Below are positions 1 to 10,787 of a stretch of DNA of 64,000 nucleotides, one piece after another. A program made the position numbers and the translations under genes. The notes below the pieces were generated by a model. That model made no database searches, was not told the DNA's origin, and saw only the letters and a program-made list of their open reading frames with translations. The stretch is from Acidobacteriota bacterium (GTDB lineage Bacteria > Acidobacteriota > UBA6911 > RPQK01 > JAJDTT01), in the NCBI GenBank assembly GCA_965217775.1, contig CBDCJH010000002.1:1728001-1792000 (forward strand). The letters run 5' to 3'. Every line of letters starts with the position of its first letter. The first letter of the stretch is position 1.

Positions 1-103
1 GGAGCCACGGCGGTTCTGTTGTCCGGCCTTCACGTTTTCGGCCGGATCCGTATCCCGCAGTTTCCGTCCGGCGGCGGAACGGCCATTGCAAAAGGAGGAC
101 TTC

Positions 104-523
<420 letters not shown>

Positions 524-540
524 GCCGCCGTAGGAAATCG

Positions 541-1374
541 ATGCCGCAAAGCCGAATCCTGATCACCCACGTCAAGAGCGACCGCCTATCACGCCCGTTC
601 GTGTTTTCGGCGGTGGGGCACTTGGTCCTGTTTCTGGGCGCCACCTTCGTGACCGACCTCTTTCCACCCGTGGAGATCGTGAGCGGAAGCACCGGCGTGG
701 GGGGAGGCCAGGGAGGAAATCTGGTCTCTGTCGGCTTGGCGGCCGATTTGGGAGGCGGCGCCGGCATGTACAAGCCGGCTGTGACCCCCAGAGTCCAGGC
801 CGCGCCCCCTCCCGAAACCAAGAGGAAGAAGGAAGTGGCCCCGGAGGCCGCACCCGATAGGACCGAGTTTCAGCAAAAGTCTTCGCGCAAGCGCCGGCCC
901 CGCCAGAAGAAAAAAGCTGCCGTCTCTGCTCGCACCGGTTCCAAGGACTCGAAATCCGACGCCAAGGCCCAGATCCCCCGGAAAGCGGATGCCGGCAGCG
1001 GCGGTGCCGGTGGAGCCCCCTCGGGTTCCGGGGGTGGATTCGGCGGCGGACAGGGAGTCCGCGTCGGCGGCGGCACGGGGCAGGAGGGATTGCACTCCTG
1101 GTATGCTCGCCAAGTCGAGCAGCGCGTGGGGCAGAACTGGCTCCGGGCCTCGTTGGGTGCGCTGGCGAGACCCGTGGAGACGGTCGTCAGTTTCGAAGTG
1201 CTGCGAAACGGGCAGATCCATCGGATCAATCTGGAGCAGCCCAGTGGCGTCCGAGCCGTAGACCTGGCCGCACAACGCGCCATCCGCGCCAGCAGCCCGT
1301 TGCCGGCTCTTCCGCCGGAACTGCGAAACCGAAGAGTGCGATTTGTGACCTACTTCCAGTACCCCCCTCGGTGA
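541..1374 (+). CDS. tolA: TolA/TonB family energy transducer with C-terminal TonB-like domain
   Basis: N-terminal TM with S-x3-H motif, Gly/Lys/Pro-rich linker, C-terminal domain (VEQRVGQNW...DLAAQRAI...PLPALP); sits between tolR and tolB. Confidence 0.75.
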   Translation: MPQSRILITHVKSDRLSRPFVFSAVGHLVLFLGATFVTDLFPPVEIVSGSTGVGGGQGGNLVSVGLAADLGGGAGMYKPAVTPRVQAAPPPETKRKKEVAPEAAPDRTEFQQKSSRKRRPRQKKKAAVSARTGSKDSKSDAKAQIPRKADAGSGGAGGAPSGSGGGFGGGQGVRVGGGTGQEGLHSWYARQVEQRVGQNWLRASLGALARPVETVVSFEVLRNGQIHRINLEQPSGVRAVDLAAQRAIRASSPLPALPPELRNRRVRFVTYFQYPPR

Positions 1375-1389
1375 AAAAGGGATTGCACC

Positions 1390-2736
1390 ATGCTTCCAGC
1401 CATATCGACGTTGACACTGGCCACGGTCCTCATCCTCACGCTCGTCGCGCCAACGGGGATGGCGCAGCCGTCCGACGTCAAGATCTATCCCAAGTCGCGA
1501 GAGAGCACGCGCTTGGCCGTGGCCGACTTCGTGGCTCGGACGGCGGTCACGCCCCGGACCCGGACAGCCGCGAAAGTCTTCAATGACGTCCTCTGGCAGG
1601 ACCTCAAATTCTCGGCATTCTTCGAGCTGCCGTCCAAGAGTTTCTACCCCTTGAAACCACTGCGGTCGCCGCAGGACGTGGGTTTCGATCACTGGCAGGC
1701 GCCGACGCTGGATGTCGACTTTCTGGCCTTCGGCAACGTGCACGTGGATGCCGCGGGAGCCATGATCGAAGGCTACCTCTATGACGTGAAGACACGCCAG
1801 CAGGTCTTGGGGAAACGCTACTCCGTAGCCGACGCGACGCTGATTCGAAGGGTCGCCCACGAGTTCGCCGACCAGATCGTCTATCAGTTGTCGGCCGGCA
1901 CCAGCCAGGGTGTGGCCAGCACGCAGATCACCTACAGCTCTCTGAAATCCGGGAGCAAGGAAATCTATACCATGGACTATGACGGTTCCAACGTTCGGAC
2001 CGTCACCGCCAACCAGGGCATCAACAAGTTTCCCGACTGGTCCGGCGACAATTCAAGACTGGCTTTCGTCACCATCCTTCCCGGCAGCGCCCGCTGGCAG
2101 TTCTGGATCCAGAACCTTCAGGGCGGCCGGGATGTGATTCCAACGCCCACCTCGTACGTGTCGTCTCCGGCTTTCTCTCCCGATGGCCGGCAGATCGCTT
2201 TCTCCGCCCGGGGCAGGGGCCATTCCAACGCGGACATCTTCGTGGCGAACGCTGACGGATCCGGCAAGATCAACATCTCCCATCATCCTGCCATCGACAC
2301 CTCGCCGACCTGGAGTCCCTCGTCGCGGCAGGTCGCCTTTGTCTCGGACCGGACCGGACGGCCCCAGCTCTGGCTCATGGATGCCGACGGTTCCGACCTC
2401 CGGCAACTGGTGTCGGAAGGAGGACACTGCGACAGTCCCAGTTGGGCGCCGGACGGAAGGCACGTCATCTACTCCTGGCAGGCCCCAAAACGTTGGAAAC
2501 ATGACGTTTACATCGTGGAAGTGGCCAGCGGAAAGATCTTCCAGCTGACTTCGGGAACCGGAAGCAACGAACATCCCGACTGGTCTCCGGACGGCAGGCA
2601 CATTGTCTTCCAAAGTACGCGAACCGGCTCCAAACAACTGTTCATCATGAATGCCGACGGCAAGAGTAGAAGGCAAATTACGGCCTATGGTATAAACGAG
2701 AGTCCAGCTTGGTCAGGCTATCTGACCCGTCCCTGA
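1390..2736 (+). CDS. tolB: Tol-Pal system beta-propeller protein TolB
   Basis: Signal peptide, TolB N-domain (RRVAHEFADQI), repeated PD40 motifs (P.WSPDG). Confidence 0.95.
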   Translation: MLPAISTLTLATVLILTLVAPTGMAQPSDVKIYPKSRESTRLAVADFVARTAVTPRTRTAAKVFNDVLWQDLKFSAFFELPSKSFYPLKPLRSPQDVGFDHWQAPTLDVDFLAFGNVHVDAAGAMIEGYLYDVKTRQQVLGKRYSVADATLIRRVAHEFADQIVYQLSAGTSQGVASTQITYSSLKSGSKEIYTMDYDGSNVRTVTANQGINKFPDWSGDNSRLAFVTILPGSARWQFWIQNLQGGRDVIPTPTSYVSSPAFSPDGRQIAFSARGRGHSNADIFVANADGSGKINISHHPAIDTSPTWSPSSRQVAFVSDRTGRPQLWLMDADGSDLRQLVSEGGHCDSPSWAPDGRHVIYSWQAPKRWKHDVYIVEVASGKIFQLTSGTGSNEHPDWSPDGRHIVFQSTRTGSKQLFIMNADGKSRRQITAYGINESPAWSGYLTRP

Positions 2737-2764
2737 GTGTAATTTTTCCTTCCAAGGAGGTTCC

Positions 2765-3535
2765 ATGAACAGAGGCTTTCTGGTCACTGTGCGGTTCGTT
2801 CCCTGTGTGTTGTTGATGCTGATGGTGGGAAGCTGTAAGAAAAAGCCCCCCCCGGCGATTGCGGTCCCTGACGCTCCTGCGGTGGCGGCCCCCTCCAAAC
2901 CGGCGGCCGTCATGCCGACCATTGAAATCATGGCGGAGCCCGGCACCATCGAGCGGGGCAGCCAGACGACCTTGAGCTGGAAGAGCACCGACGCCACTTC
3001 CGTCCTCATCGACGGGGGTGTCGGAAACGTCGCCGAGACCGGTTCCCTGGTCCTCTCGCCAACGGAGTCCACCACCTATACGGCCATCGCCCGCGGCAGC
3101 GGCGGCAGCGCGCGCGACAGTACCCGTGTGACCGTGGTGCCCAAGAGGGCCGCGAAACTGTCGGTCACGGATATCGAAGGACTTCAGCGGGCGATCGACG
3201 ATGGGCGGGTCCGGCCGGTCTTCTTCGACTATGACAGGGCTCTGCTGAGCCCCAAGACGAAGCAGATCCTGGAGGAGAACGCCCGCTGGATCAAGAGGTT
3301 CCCGACGGCGACGGTCATCGTCGAGGGACACTGCGACGAACGGGGCAGCGAAGAGTACAACCTGGCTCTGGGCGATCGCCGGGCCCAGGCCACCCGCGAC
3401 TACCTGCTGGACGCCGGTGTCAGTGCGACTCAGTTGGAAGCTCTTTCATTTGGCGAGGAGCGTCCCTTCGAGAGCTGTCACGACGAGACCTGCTGGAGCC
3501 AGAACCGCCGCGGCCATTTCGTCGTCAAACGTTAG
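2765..3535 (+). CDS. pal: Peptidoglycan-associated lipoprotein Pal with extra Ig-like N-terminal domain
   Basis: Lipobox (VGSC), OmpA-like C-domain EGHCDERGSEEYNLALGDRRA...NRR. Confidence 0.93.
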   Translation: MNRGFLVTVRFVPCVLLMLMVGSCKKKPPPAIAVPDAPAVAAPSKPAAVMPTIEIMAEPGTIERGSQTTLSWKSTDATSVLIDGGVGNVAETGSLVLSPTESTTYTAIARGSGGSARDSTRVTVVPKRAAKLSVTDIEGLQRAIDDGRVRPVFFDYDRALLSPKTKQILEENARWIKRFPTATVIVEGHCDERGSEEYNLALGDRRAQATRDYLLDAGVSATQLEALSFGEERPFESCHDETCWSQNRRGHFVVKR

Positions 3536-3663
3536 AGGCTCGTGGTGAACTTCCCGTTCGGCTGTGAGACCGGGGCAATTCGCTCCCCGGTTTCACGGAT
3601 ACCGGCGGTCGCTTGTCCGAGATATCCGGTCCTTACCGTTAGAACTCAACCTAGGAGCAGGCC

Positions 3664-4458
3664 ATGAAACTGTCAGCATCTGTTCTCGCGCCGGTATCGC
3701 TGGGATTGTTCGTCTTCTCGATGGGAGGCACCAAAGAGGAGATCGTTCGTCTCCAGAGCGACGTTCTCCAGCTTTCGAACCAGATCCGGTTGCTCCAGAA
3801 GGGCACCGACGAGACCGGTTCCGTGTTCAAGTCCCTCCTGGAACAGTTGAATGATCAGGTGGCCCGGATGAATCTGGCGACGGACGAGTTGCACCGGACC
3901 ATGCAGGAACAGAAGACGGATGTCTTCAACCTGGTCACTTCGATCCGATCCGAAGTCCAGAATCTGAGCGTGAAACTGGATGACACCAACAACCGGCTGG
4001 CGGCCCTGAAGAAACAGCAGGAAGAGCAGCAACTCAGAATGCAGTCCCTGAGAACGGCACCGGCGACCGCCGAGGGCACGATCCAGCCTGATCAGGCCTA
4101 TGCTGCCGCCTACAACGACTTCATTATCGGAAACTACGACTTGGCCATCGCCGGTTTTCAGGACCTGTTGGACAGCCATCCGGACAGCGATTACAGCGAC
4201 AACGCCCTCTACTACAGCGGTATCTGCTCACTGGAGCAGAAACGCTACGAACAGGCCATCCAGGCCTTCGACCAAGTCATCAATCTGTATCCCAAGGGAG
4301 ACAAGACCGCGGAGGCCTACTTCAAAAAGGCCTTGACCTACCAGCACCTGCAGAAGAACACGGATGCCATCGACACCTTCCGGCAACTGATCGAGATCTA
4401 CCCCGAAACTCAGGAAGCGGTCCAAGCGCAACGGGAACTGGAGCGCATGGGGGTGTAG
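3664..4458 (+). CDS. cpoB: Tol-Pal associated TPR protein CpoB/YbgF
   Basis: N-terminal coiled coil plus TPR repeats; immediately after pal. Confidence 0.85.
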   Translation: MKLSASVLAPVSLGLFVFSMGGTKEEIVRLQSDVLQLSNQIRLLQKGTDETGSVFKSLLEQLNDQVARMNLATDELHRTMQEQKTDVFNLVTSIRSEVQNLSVKLDDTNNRLAALKKQQEEQQLRMQSLRTAPATAEGTIQPDQAYAAAYNDFIIGNYDLAIAGFQDLLDSHPDSDYSDNALYYSGICSLEQKRYEQAIQAFDQVINLYPKGDKTAEAYFKKALTYQHLQKNTDAIDTFRQLIEIYPETQEAVQAQRELERMGV

Positions 4459-4509
4459 TACGTGCCCGACAACAGATGTCCCAGCCGCCGATGAACCCGG
4501 GACGGGGAA

Positions 4510-4944
4510 TCAGAAAGGAATGTCGTCGTCGGTGATCTCCACTTCCTGCGAGGGTTGAGACACTTGTGAGGGCTTGGAGTCCTGCCGGTCCGAGGGTGGG
4601 CCGCCCCCCATTTCGTCTGTCCGTGAGCCCAACATCTGCATGTTTCGAGCCACTATTTCAGTGGTGCGCCTTCGATTCCCGTCCCGATCCTCCCACTCCC
4701 GGGTCTGGATCTGCCCCTCGATGAAAACGAGACGTCCCTTGCGCAGATACCTCTCGCAGATCTCCGCCAGCCTTCTCCAGACGACGATCTGGTGCCACTC
4801 GGTACGCCGCTGCCGCTCCCCATTCTTATCGGTCCAGGACTCGTCGGTCGCCAGCGAGAAGTTGGCCACCGGAGTACCCGACGTCGTGTATCGAACCTCC
4901 GGGTCCCGACCCAGCCTGCCCACCAGGATTGCCTTATTGACCAT
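4510..4944 (-). CDS. ssb: Single-stranded DNA-binding protein
   Basis: [20 protein letters not shown]-terminus; acidic DDDIPF tail. Confidence 0.97.
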   Translation of the reverse strand: MVNKAILVGRLGRDPEVRYTTSGTPVANFSLATDESWTDKNGERQRRTEWHQIVVWRRLAEICERYLRKGRLVFIEGQIQTREWEDRDGNRRRTTEIVARNMQMLGSRTDEMGGGPPSDRQDSKPSQVSQPSQEVEITDDDIPF

Positions 4945-5077
4945 TTTCAACCTCCTTCCTCATTCCTCCTCTTCACTATAACGTTCGACCCCGAAAAAAA
5001 CGCATCTCGACCTGGAACGGCATTGCCCCGCTTGATGTTCGACCGATTGTTCAGGGCTCGGCGGGCGGTGAGTCCGT

Positions 5078-6229
5078 TCAGATCCGACGCGCACCGAACT
5101 GTTCGTATCCCACCAGTTCGATGATCGTCTCCATCCTGCGGTCCCCTCGATAGAAGCTTGCGCTGACCCGATCTCCGGGCCGCTTGTCTCCCAGCAAACG
5201 GACAATGTCGTCGTGGGTCCGAACCGGCTCGCCCTCCAGGGAGATCAAGACGTCTCCCCCGATGATGAGGAAGAAGTTTCCCAGCAGGACCCTCCGGCGG
5301 CCGCCTCTCAGGCCGGCCAGATCCGAAGAACTTCCCTCCTCTACCCCCTCGATCAGGAATCCTTCCTGGACCGGGAGGTTCAGGGCAGACGCCAGCCGCG
5401 GCGTCAACCTGCGTCCCTGGACTCCGAACCAGGGGCGGCGCACGAACCCGTAGGACACGAGATCGGGAACGATACGCCGCAATATGTTCACCGGGACGGC
5501 GAACCCGATCCCGGCGCTTTCTCCGGTTCGAGAGTAGATGGCGGTATTGATTCCGATGAGCTCCCCTCGCGTGTTCAACAGTGGACCGCCGCTGTTCCCG
5601 GGATTGATGGCGGCGTCACTTTGGATGACATTCTCGATGACTCCGGATTCGGTCCGGAGGCTCCGGCCCAGCGAAGAGATGATGCCCGTCGTCAGCGTGT
5701 GCTCGAAGCCGAAGGGATTGCCGATGGCCAGGACTTTCTGCCCGACTTTCAGGTTGTCGCTGCTGCCCAGCTTGATGGGGTGAAGCTTTTCGGCCGGACA
5801 TTCGATCTCCAGGATCGTCAGATCGTTGAATCGATCGGTCCCCAGAACCTTGGCCTCGTAGCTGCTCTTGTCGTAGAGCGTGACCTCGATCCGGCTGGCC
5901 TCCTGGACGACATGGAAATTGGTCACGATGCGGCCCTTGCGGTCGATGACGACACCGCTGCCGACGCCCCGCCTGGGGATGACGTCGAACCAGAAATTCC
6001 GCTCCAGCGTGGTGCTGGTCACATTCACCACGCCGGGTCCCAGCTCGTCATAAATGCGGATATTGATGTCTTCGTCCTGGGTTCGGGCAGTGTCGAAGGT
6101 CTGGGTCCGGGTTTTCGAGAACTCGGCATGAGTCGGCTCGGGAACCGGCCACCGCGTCAGGAAGACCACCATCGCAGTGGAAAGCAGACTGCTGGCCAGA
6201 ACCAGCTTCCAGAATTCCGTCCGGTTCAT
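5078..6229 (-). CDS. HtrA/DegP-like trypsin serine protease with one PDZ domain
   Basis: TNFHVV, DAAINPGNSGGPL catalytic motif, C-terminal PDZ. Confidence 0.92.
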   Translation of the reverse strand: MNRTEFWKLVLASSLLSTAMVVFLTRWPVPEPTHAEFSKTRTQTFDTARTQDEDINIRIYDELGPGVVNVTSTTLERNFWFDVIPRRGVGSGVVIDRKGRIVTNFHVVQEASRIEVTLYDKSSYEAKVLGTDRFNDLTILEIECPAEKLHPIKLGSSDNLKVGQKVLAIGNPFGFEHTLTTGIISSLGRSLRTESGVIENVIQSDAAINPGNSGGPLLNTRGELIGINTAIYSRTGESAGIGFAVPVNILRRIVPDLVSYGFVRRPWFGVQGRRLTPRLASALNLPVQEGFLIEGVEEGSSSDLAGLRGGRRRVLLGNFFLIIGGDVLISLEGEPVRTHDDIVRLLGDKRPGDRVSASFYRGDRRMETIIELVGYEQFGARRI

Positions 6230-6235
6230 GGCCCG

Positions 6236-6241
6236 ATTATA
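6236..6241 (-). promoter_or_regulatory. Consensus -10 box (TATAAT) 6 nt upstream of the htrA-like ATG; probable leaderless promoter
   Basis: Minus strand reads TATAAT-CGGGCC-ATG; no Shine-Dalgarno sequence. Confidence 0.6.
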
Positions 6242-7417
6242 CTATTCGGCAGATCCTTGAGGTTCCTGAACACTAAGGAAGAAGAGGACGCCGGCAGCGA
6301 CCGAGAGCAGCGCCACCAGGAAAACCACGGCTCCGTAACCGGACCAGGAATAGCACCAGCCCGAAACCATGACCACGACGGCGATTCCCAGTTGCGAAAA
6401 GCAGTTTCGAAGGGCGAGGTACGAACCGCGCTCATCGATCCCCACCAGTTGCGTCTGCAGAGTCTGCAGAGCGATCTGGCGGAAACTCACGCACAGACTC
6501 ACGGCGAAGAAGAGGCCGATGAGCCCTGCCCCCCACGGAATCGACGTCAGACCCGAAATGGTGAGGACGAAGGCCAGGTTGGCCAATAGAAACACCTTTC
6601 GCTTGGTCCAACGATCCACCACCCAACCCGAGATCAGACTGCCCGTGACGGCGGCGATCCCCGCCACCACAAACAACCAGGAGATCTGGATGGGAGCCAC
6701 GCCGAAACGGTCGATGAGATAACCGGAGAGATACACCATCAGCGCCATGGTGCCGCCGGCGACGGCGAAGGAGACCAGCAGGGCGCTTCTCAGGGGACGA
6801 ACCGAGAAGAAACGCCGGTAGGCGAACTGAATTCTTGTACCTGTCGGGGCTCCGGAGCGAAAGTCCGCCAGTGGGCCCCAAAGGGAGGCCAGGACTGCCG
6901 AGGCCAAGAGGCACGAAGCCAGAAACACACTTCTCCACTGCCAGCGATCGGCGATCCAGGTGCCGGCCGGAACTCCCACGATCAAGGCCACGAAGTAGGC
7001 GCTCAGGACGATGCCCATGACCCTGCCCCGGCGACGGTAAGGAAAAGCGTCGCCCACCAGGCCGGCCGTGCAGGTCGAAATGAGTCCGGATGCCGCTCCG
7101 GTTCCGGCCCGCAGCCAGAGCAGTTGCAGATACCCTCCGGAGAAGTGGGTGACCAGAGCCAGCAGAGCGAAAACCGTCAGACCCGCCCGGAGAAAAGGAA
7201 GCCGTCCCCAGCGATCCGTGAAGGGGCCCACCAACAGGTTGAAGCCACCGGCCGTCAGGGCATAGACACTGAAAAGGCGCCCCATCCCCTCCGCCGAAGT
7301 CCCATAGTCCGCTTCCAGGCGCCCCAGAAGGGGGATCAGCATCTGGGCGTCGACGGCGGCCAGCAACAGCGCCCCAAACAGAGCGGCAATGGTCCAGCGG
7401 TCACGAAGCCGGCTCAT
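6242..7417 (-). CDS. MFS transporter
   Basis: About 12 hydrophobic segments; motif A-like GPFTDRWGR and GWVVDRWTKR; ATGA overlap with tsaB. Confidence 0.88.
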   Translation of the reverse strand: MSRLRDRWTIAALFGALLLAAVDAQMLIPLLGRLEADYGTSAEGMGRLFSVYALTAGGFNLLVGPFTDRWGRLPFLRAGLTVFALLALVTHFSGGYLQLLWLRAGTGAASGLISTCTAGLVGDAFPYRRRGRVMGIVLSAYFVALIVGVPAGTWIADRWQWRSVFLASCLLASAVLASLWGPLADFRSGAPTGTRIQFAYRRFFSVRPLRSALLVSFAVAGGTMALMVYLSGYLIDRFGVAPIQISWLFVVAGIAAVTGSLISGWVVDRWTKRKVFLLANLAFVLTISGLTSIPWGAGLIGLFFAVSLCVSFRQIALQTLQTQLVGIDERGSYLALRNCFSQLGIAVVVMVSGWCYSWSGYGAVVFLVALLSVAAGVLFFLSVQEPQGSAE

Positions 7418-8112
7418 GGATGGCGCAAATGCCGGGTACGAGAAGTGATCCTGGCATCCGAAGGGCGCAGATAGTTCGCCTTCAAGTGCCGTTCGCCACC
7501 GGTCTCACCCGCCATGTGCCTCCGATGGGCCAGAAGGCAGAGCTCCGGCAGGATGCAATTGTTTGAACTGGCGACTCGGGACCGGGGGTGAAGAGCCTGG
7601 ATGGTGGTGCGGTACTGCTGGGCGCCGTCACCGACGAAGAGATGATCTCCAGGAGGGACTTGCCTCAAGAACTCCGCCGGGGGCGCCACCTGTTCTTCAA
7701 CCTCAATGCGGATGCCCGATTCCGAGTCGGTTCGATAGGCGGCTCCATAGATCTGTTGCCTGCGGGCGTCGATCATGGGAACGATCCGGCTCCGGGTCCA
7801 GCGGAACCGGAAAGCGAGAGCTTCGAGGGTGGACAGCCCCACCGCCGGCCGATCCAGACTCTGGGCAAAGGCCTTGACCGTGGCCAGCCCGATTCGCAGT
7901 CCGGTGAATGAGCCCGGACCCGCGGCCACGGCAAAACACCCCAATTGGGTGCGTTTCACCCGGAGGCCGTCAAGCAGAAACTCCGCGCACGAGAGCACTT
8001 CTTCCGAATAGCGCAGTGGCGCCTTCAACATGACCTGACCGATCACTTCGGCGTTTCGGCTCAAGGCAATCCCGCCGCTGTTGGTGGCCGTATCGAGGGC
8101 CAGGATGTACAT
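7414..8112 (-). CDS. tsaB: tRNA threonylcarbamoyladenosine biosynthesis protein TsaB
   Basis: ILALDTAT, GPGSFTGLRIG, DARR motifs. Confidence 0.95.
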   Translation of the reverse strand: MYILALDTATNSGGIALSRNAEVIGQVMLKAPLRYSEEVLSCAEFLLDGLRVKRTQLGCFAVAAGPGSFTGLRIGLATVKAFAQSLDRPAVGLSTLEALAFRFRWTRSRIVPMIDARRQQIYGAAYRTDSESGIRIEVEEQVAPPAEFLRQVPPGDHLFVGDGAQQYRTTIQALHPRSRVASSNNCILPELCLLAHRRHMAGETGGERHLKANYLRPSDARITSRTRHLRHP

Positions 8113-8209
8113 GGCAAACACTCCCGGAACCGGGCCGCCGGCCTGCGTTCCGAAGCCCCGGACCTGGCGAAAATCCCGGAGTTTATTTCACACGTTGCTG
8201 CTAAAGTAA

Positions 8210-10714
8210 ATGGTTGTGGAACGTCTCACCCCGATGATGAAACAGTACCATGAGATCAAGCTCCGGCACCCGGGGATTCTCCTTTTTTTCCGCCTGGGCG
8301 ATTTCTACGAGATGTTCTACGAGGATGCCGTCGTCGCCAGCCGCGACCTGGAGATCACCCTCACCGCCCGGAACCACAACGCCAAGGGTCAACCCATTCC
8401 CATGTGCGGCGTCCCCCACCATGCCATCCAAACCTATCTGGGACGGCTGATCCGAAAAGGGCACAAGGTCGCATTGTGCGAGCAGGTCGAGAATCCTCGC
8501 CGGGCCAAGGGACTCGTGCGGCGCGAGGTTGTCCGTATCGTCACTCCCGGGACCGTGATCGAGGAGGGCGTTCTCGACTCCAAGGAGAACAACTACCTGG
8601 GCAGCCTCCTGCAGCATGATGACCGGGTCGGCCTCTCCTTTCTGGATCTCTCGACGGGGGAATTCTGGATCACCGAGTTCAGCGGCCGGGAGTCGTGGCA
8701 GCGAGCCCGGGAAGAGTTGGCGCTCTTTCGCCCCCGGGAACTGGTGTTGCCGGAGAGGGACGTTTCCCGGATCCGAGAACAGTTGTCCGCTGACGATCAC
8801 CGGCAGATCTCCCGCACCTTTCAGGAAGATTGGACTTTCGATTCCGACTACGCCCGGCGTCTGCTCCTGGAGCATTTTCAGGTGTCCACCTTGGAGGGTT
8901 TCGGCATCAATGGCCAGGGCGCGGCCGTAGCGGCCGGCGGTTCCCTGCTCCATTACGTCCGGCAGACCCAGAAAGCTCCCCTGGACCACATTACCGGGCT
9001 GCGTCTCCTGGAGACGCGAGACCACCTCAAGATCGACGAAACCAGCGTCCGAAATCTGGAACTGGTCCGGGAGCTGAACGGGGGTCGCCGCTGGACCCTC
9101 CTCTCGACTTTGGATTTTACCCGAACCGCCATGGGCGCCCGCCGGTTGCGGCATCGGATCCTGCGGCCTTCCCTGGACCTGGGGCAGATCCGAGCCAGAC
9201 AGGACGCCGTGGCAGAACTCCAATCTTCTCTTCTCCGGATGGAGCGGCTGGGCAAGCTCCTGGATTCGATCCAGGATCTGGAGCGGCTGCTGAGCCGCGT
9301 CACTCTGGGCACCGCCAACCCCAGAGATCTGGCGGCGCTCAAGACGTCAGTCCGGATACTGCCCCGGCTGGCGCCCTTGCTGGAGCAATATGACAGCCGG
9401 TTGCTGGAACCACTCCAGGACACGCTGCCGGACCTGGCCGAGGCATTGGAAACCTCCCTGGCCCAGAATCCCCCCGCCAGCTTGACCGACGGAGGGATCA
9501 TCGCGCCCGGATTCCATGCCGAGTTGGACCAGCTTCGCGAGATTTCCCATTCGGGCAAGTCCTTCCTGGCGAGTCTGGAAGCTCAGGAACGCAAGCGGAC
9601 GGGGATCCCGAGTCTCAAGGTCCGGTACAACAAGGTCTTCGGTTACTTCATCGAGGTCACCAAGACCCATTCCTCTTCCGTTCCCGAGACTTATGTCCGG
9701 CGTCAGACCCTGGTGGGTTCGGAGCGGTTCATCACTCCCGAACTCAAAGTCCACGAGGAAAAGGTTCTCCAAGCCGAAGAGCGGATCTTCGAGCTGGAAC
9801 GGGACCTCTTCCTGCAGATCCGCCGACAGGTCGCCGGCGAAGCCGCGCGGATTCAGACGGCGGCCCGGCGGGTGGCGGAACTCGACGTGTTGCTCTCCTT
9901 GGGACAGGCCTCCAGAAAGCACGGTTACTGCCGGCCAGAGGTCGACGACTCTTGCGAGCTGGACATCCAGGAGGGAAGACATCCCGTGCTGGAGGTTCAG
10001 GACGGAGGTGAGCCATTCGTTCCCAACCCGTTGTTCACGAACGACGAATCCGATCAGATGCTGATCCTGACCGGTCCCAATATGGGGGGCAAGTCCACCT
10101 ATCTGCGCCAGAATGCCCTCATTGTCATCCTGGCGCAGATGGGATCGTTCGTGCCGGCTCAGCAGGCGCGCATTGGCTTGGTGGATCGGATTTTCACTCG
10201 TGTCGGCGCCAGCGACGATCTGTCCCGCGGCCGCTCCACCTTCATGGTGGAAATGATCGAAACGGCCAACATCCTCAACAGCGCAACCCGAAGAAGCTTC
10301 ATTCTGCTGGACGAAGTCGGACGCGGCACGGCCACGTTCGACGGACTCTCCATTGCCTGGGCCGTCGCCGAGTTCCTCCTGACCGAACCGGACCGCCGGG
10401 CCCGAACCCTCTTCGCGACCCATTACCAGGAACTGACCCAACTGGAGAAGATCTACGAGGGCGTCAAGAACTACCGGGTCGCAGTCAAGGAGTCGGGAGA
10501 CAGAATTCTATTGTTCCACCGAGTTCTGCCCGGTGTGGCCAACAAGAGCTATGGAATTGAGGTGGCTCGTCTGGCAGGGCTACCGAGACGCGTGGTGGAA
10601 CGTGCACGGGAGATCCTCTCTCGATTGGAACGCAAGGAACTCAACCTCTCGGGCAACTCCCCGCAGCCTCACGTTTCCAAGTCCTTCGAACAGCCTCAGG
10701 GGAATCTCTTCTGA
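8210..10714 (+). CDS. mutS: DNA mismatch repair protein MutS
   Basis: TPMMKQY, FRLGDFYEMF, Walker A TGPNMGGKST, DEVGRGT. Confidence 0.98.
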   Translation: MVVERLTPMMKQYHEIKLRHPGILLFFRLGDFYEMFYEDAVVASRDLEITLTARNHNAKGQPIPMCGVPHHAIQTYLGRLIRKGHKVALCEQVENPRRAKGLVRREVVRIVTPGTVIEEGVLDSKENNYLGSLLQHDDRVGLSFLDLSTGEFWITEFSGRESWQRAREELALFRPRELVLPERDVSRIREQLSADDHRQISRTFQEDWTFDSDYARRLLLEHFQVSTLEGFGINGQGAAVAAGGSLLHYVRQTQKAPLDHITGLRLLETRDHLKIDETSVRNLELVRELNGGRRWTLLSTLDFTRTAMGARRLRHRILRPSLDLGQIRARQDAVAELQSSLLRMERLGKLLDSIQDLERLLSRVTLGTANPRDLAALKTSVRILPRLAPLLEQYDSRLLEPLQDTLPDLAEALETSLAQNPPASLTDGGIIAPGFHAELDQLREISHSGKSFLASLEAQERKRTGIPSLKVRYNKVFGYFIEVTKTHSSSVPETYVRRQTLVGSERFITPELKVHEEKVLQAEERIFELERDLFLQIRRQVAGEAARIQTAARRVAELDVLLSLGQASRKHGYCRPEVDDSCELDIQEGRHPVLEVQDGGEPFVPNPLFTNDESDQMLILTGPNMGGKSTYLRQNALIVILAQMGSFVPAQQARIGLVDRIFTRVGASDDLSRGRSTFMVEMIETANILNSATRRSFILLDEVGRGTATFDGLSIAWAVAEFLLTEPDRRARTLFATHYQELTQLEKIYEGVKNYRVAVKESGDRILLFHRVLPGVANKSYGIEVARLAGLPRRVVERAREILSRLERKELNLSGNSPQPHVSKSFEQPQGNLF

Positions 10715-10787
10715 TTCCGGCCTCGCAACCCCAGGTCTATCGCTATTCGACTGAGTCACCCCCGGCAGATTTGGTGGAGACCGCAAA

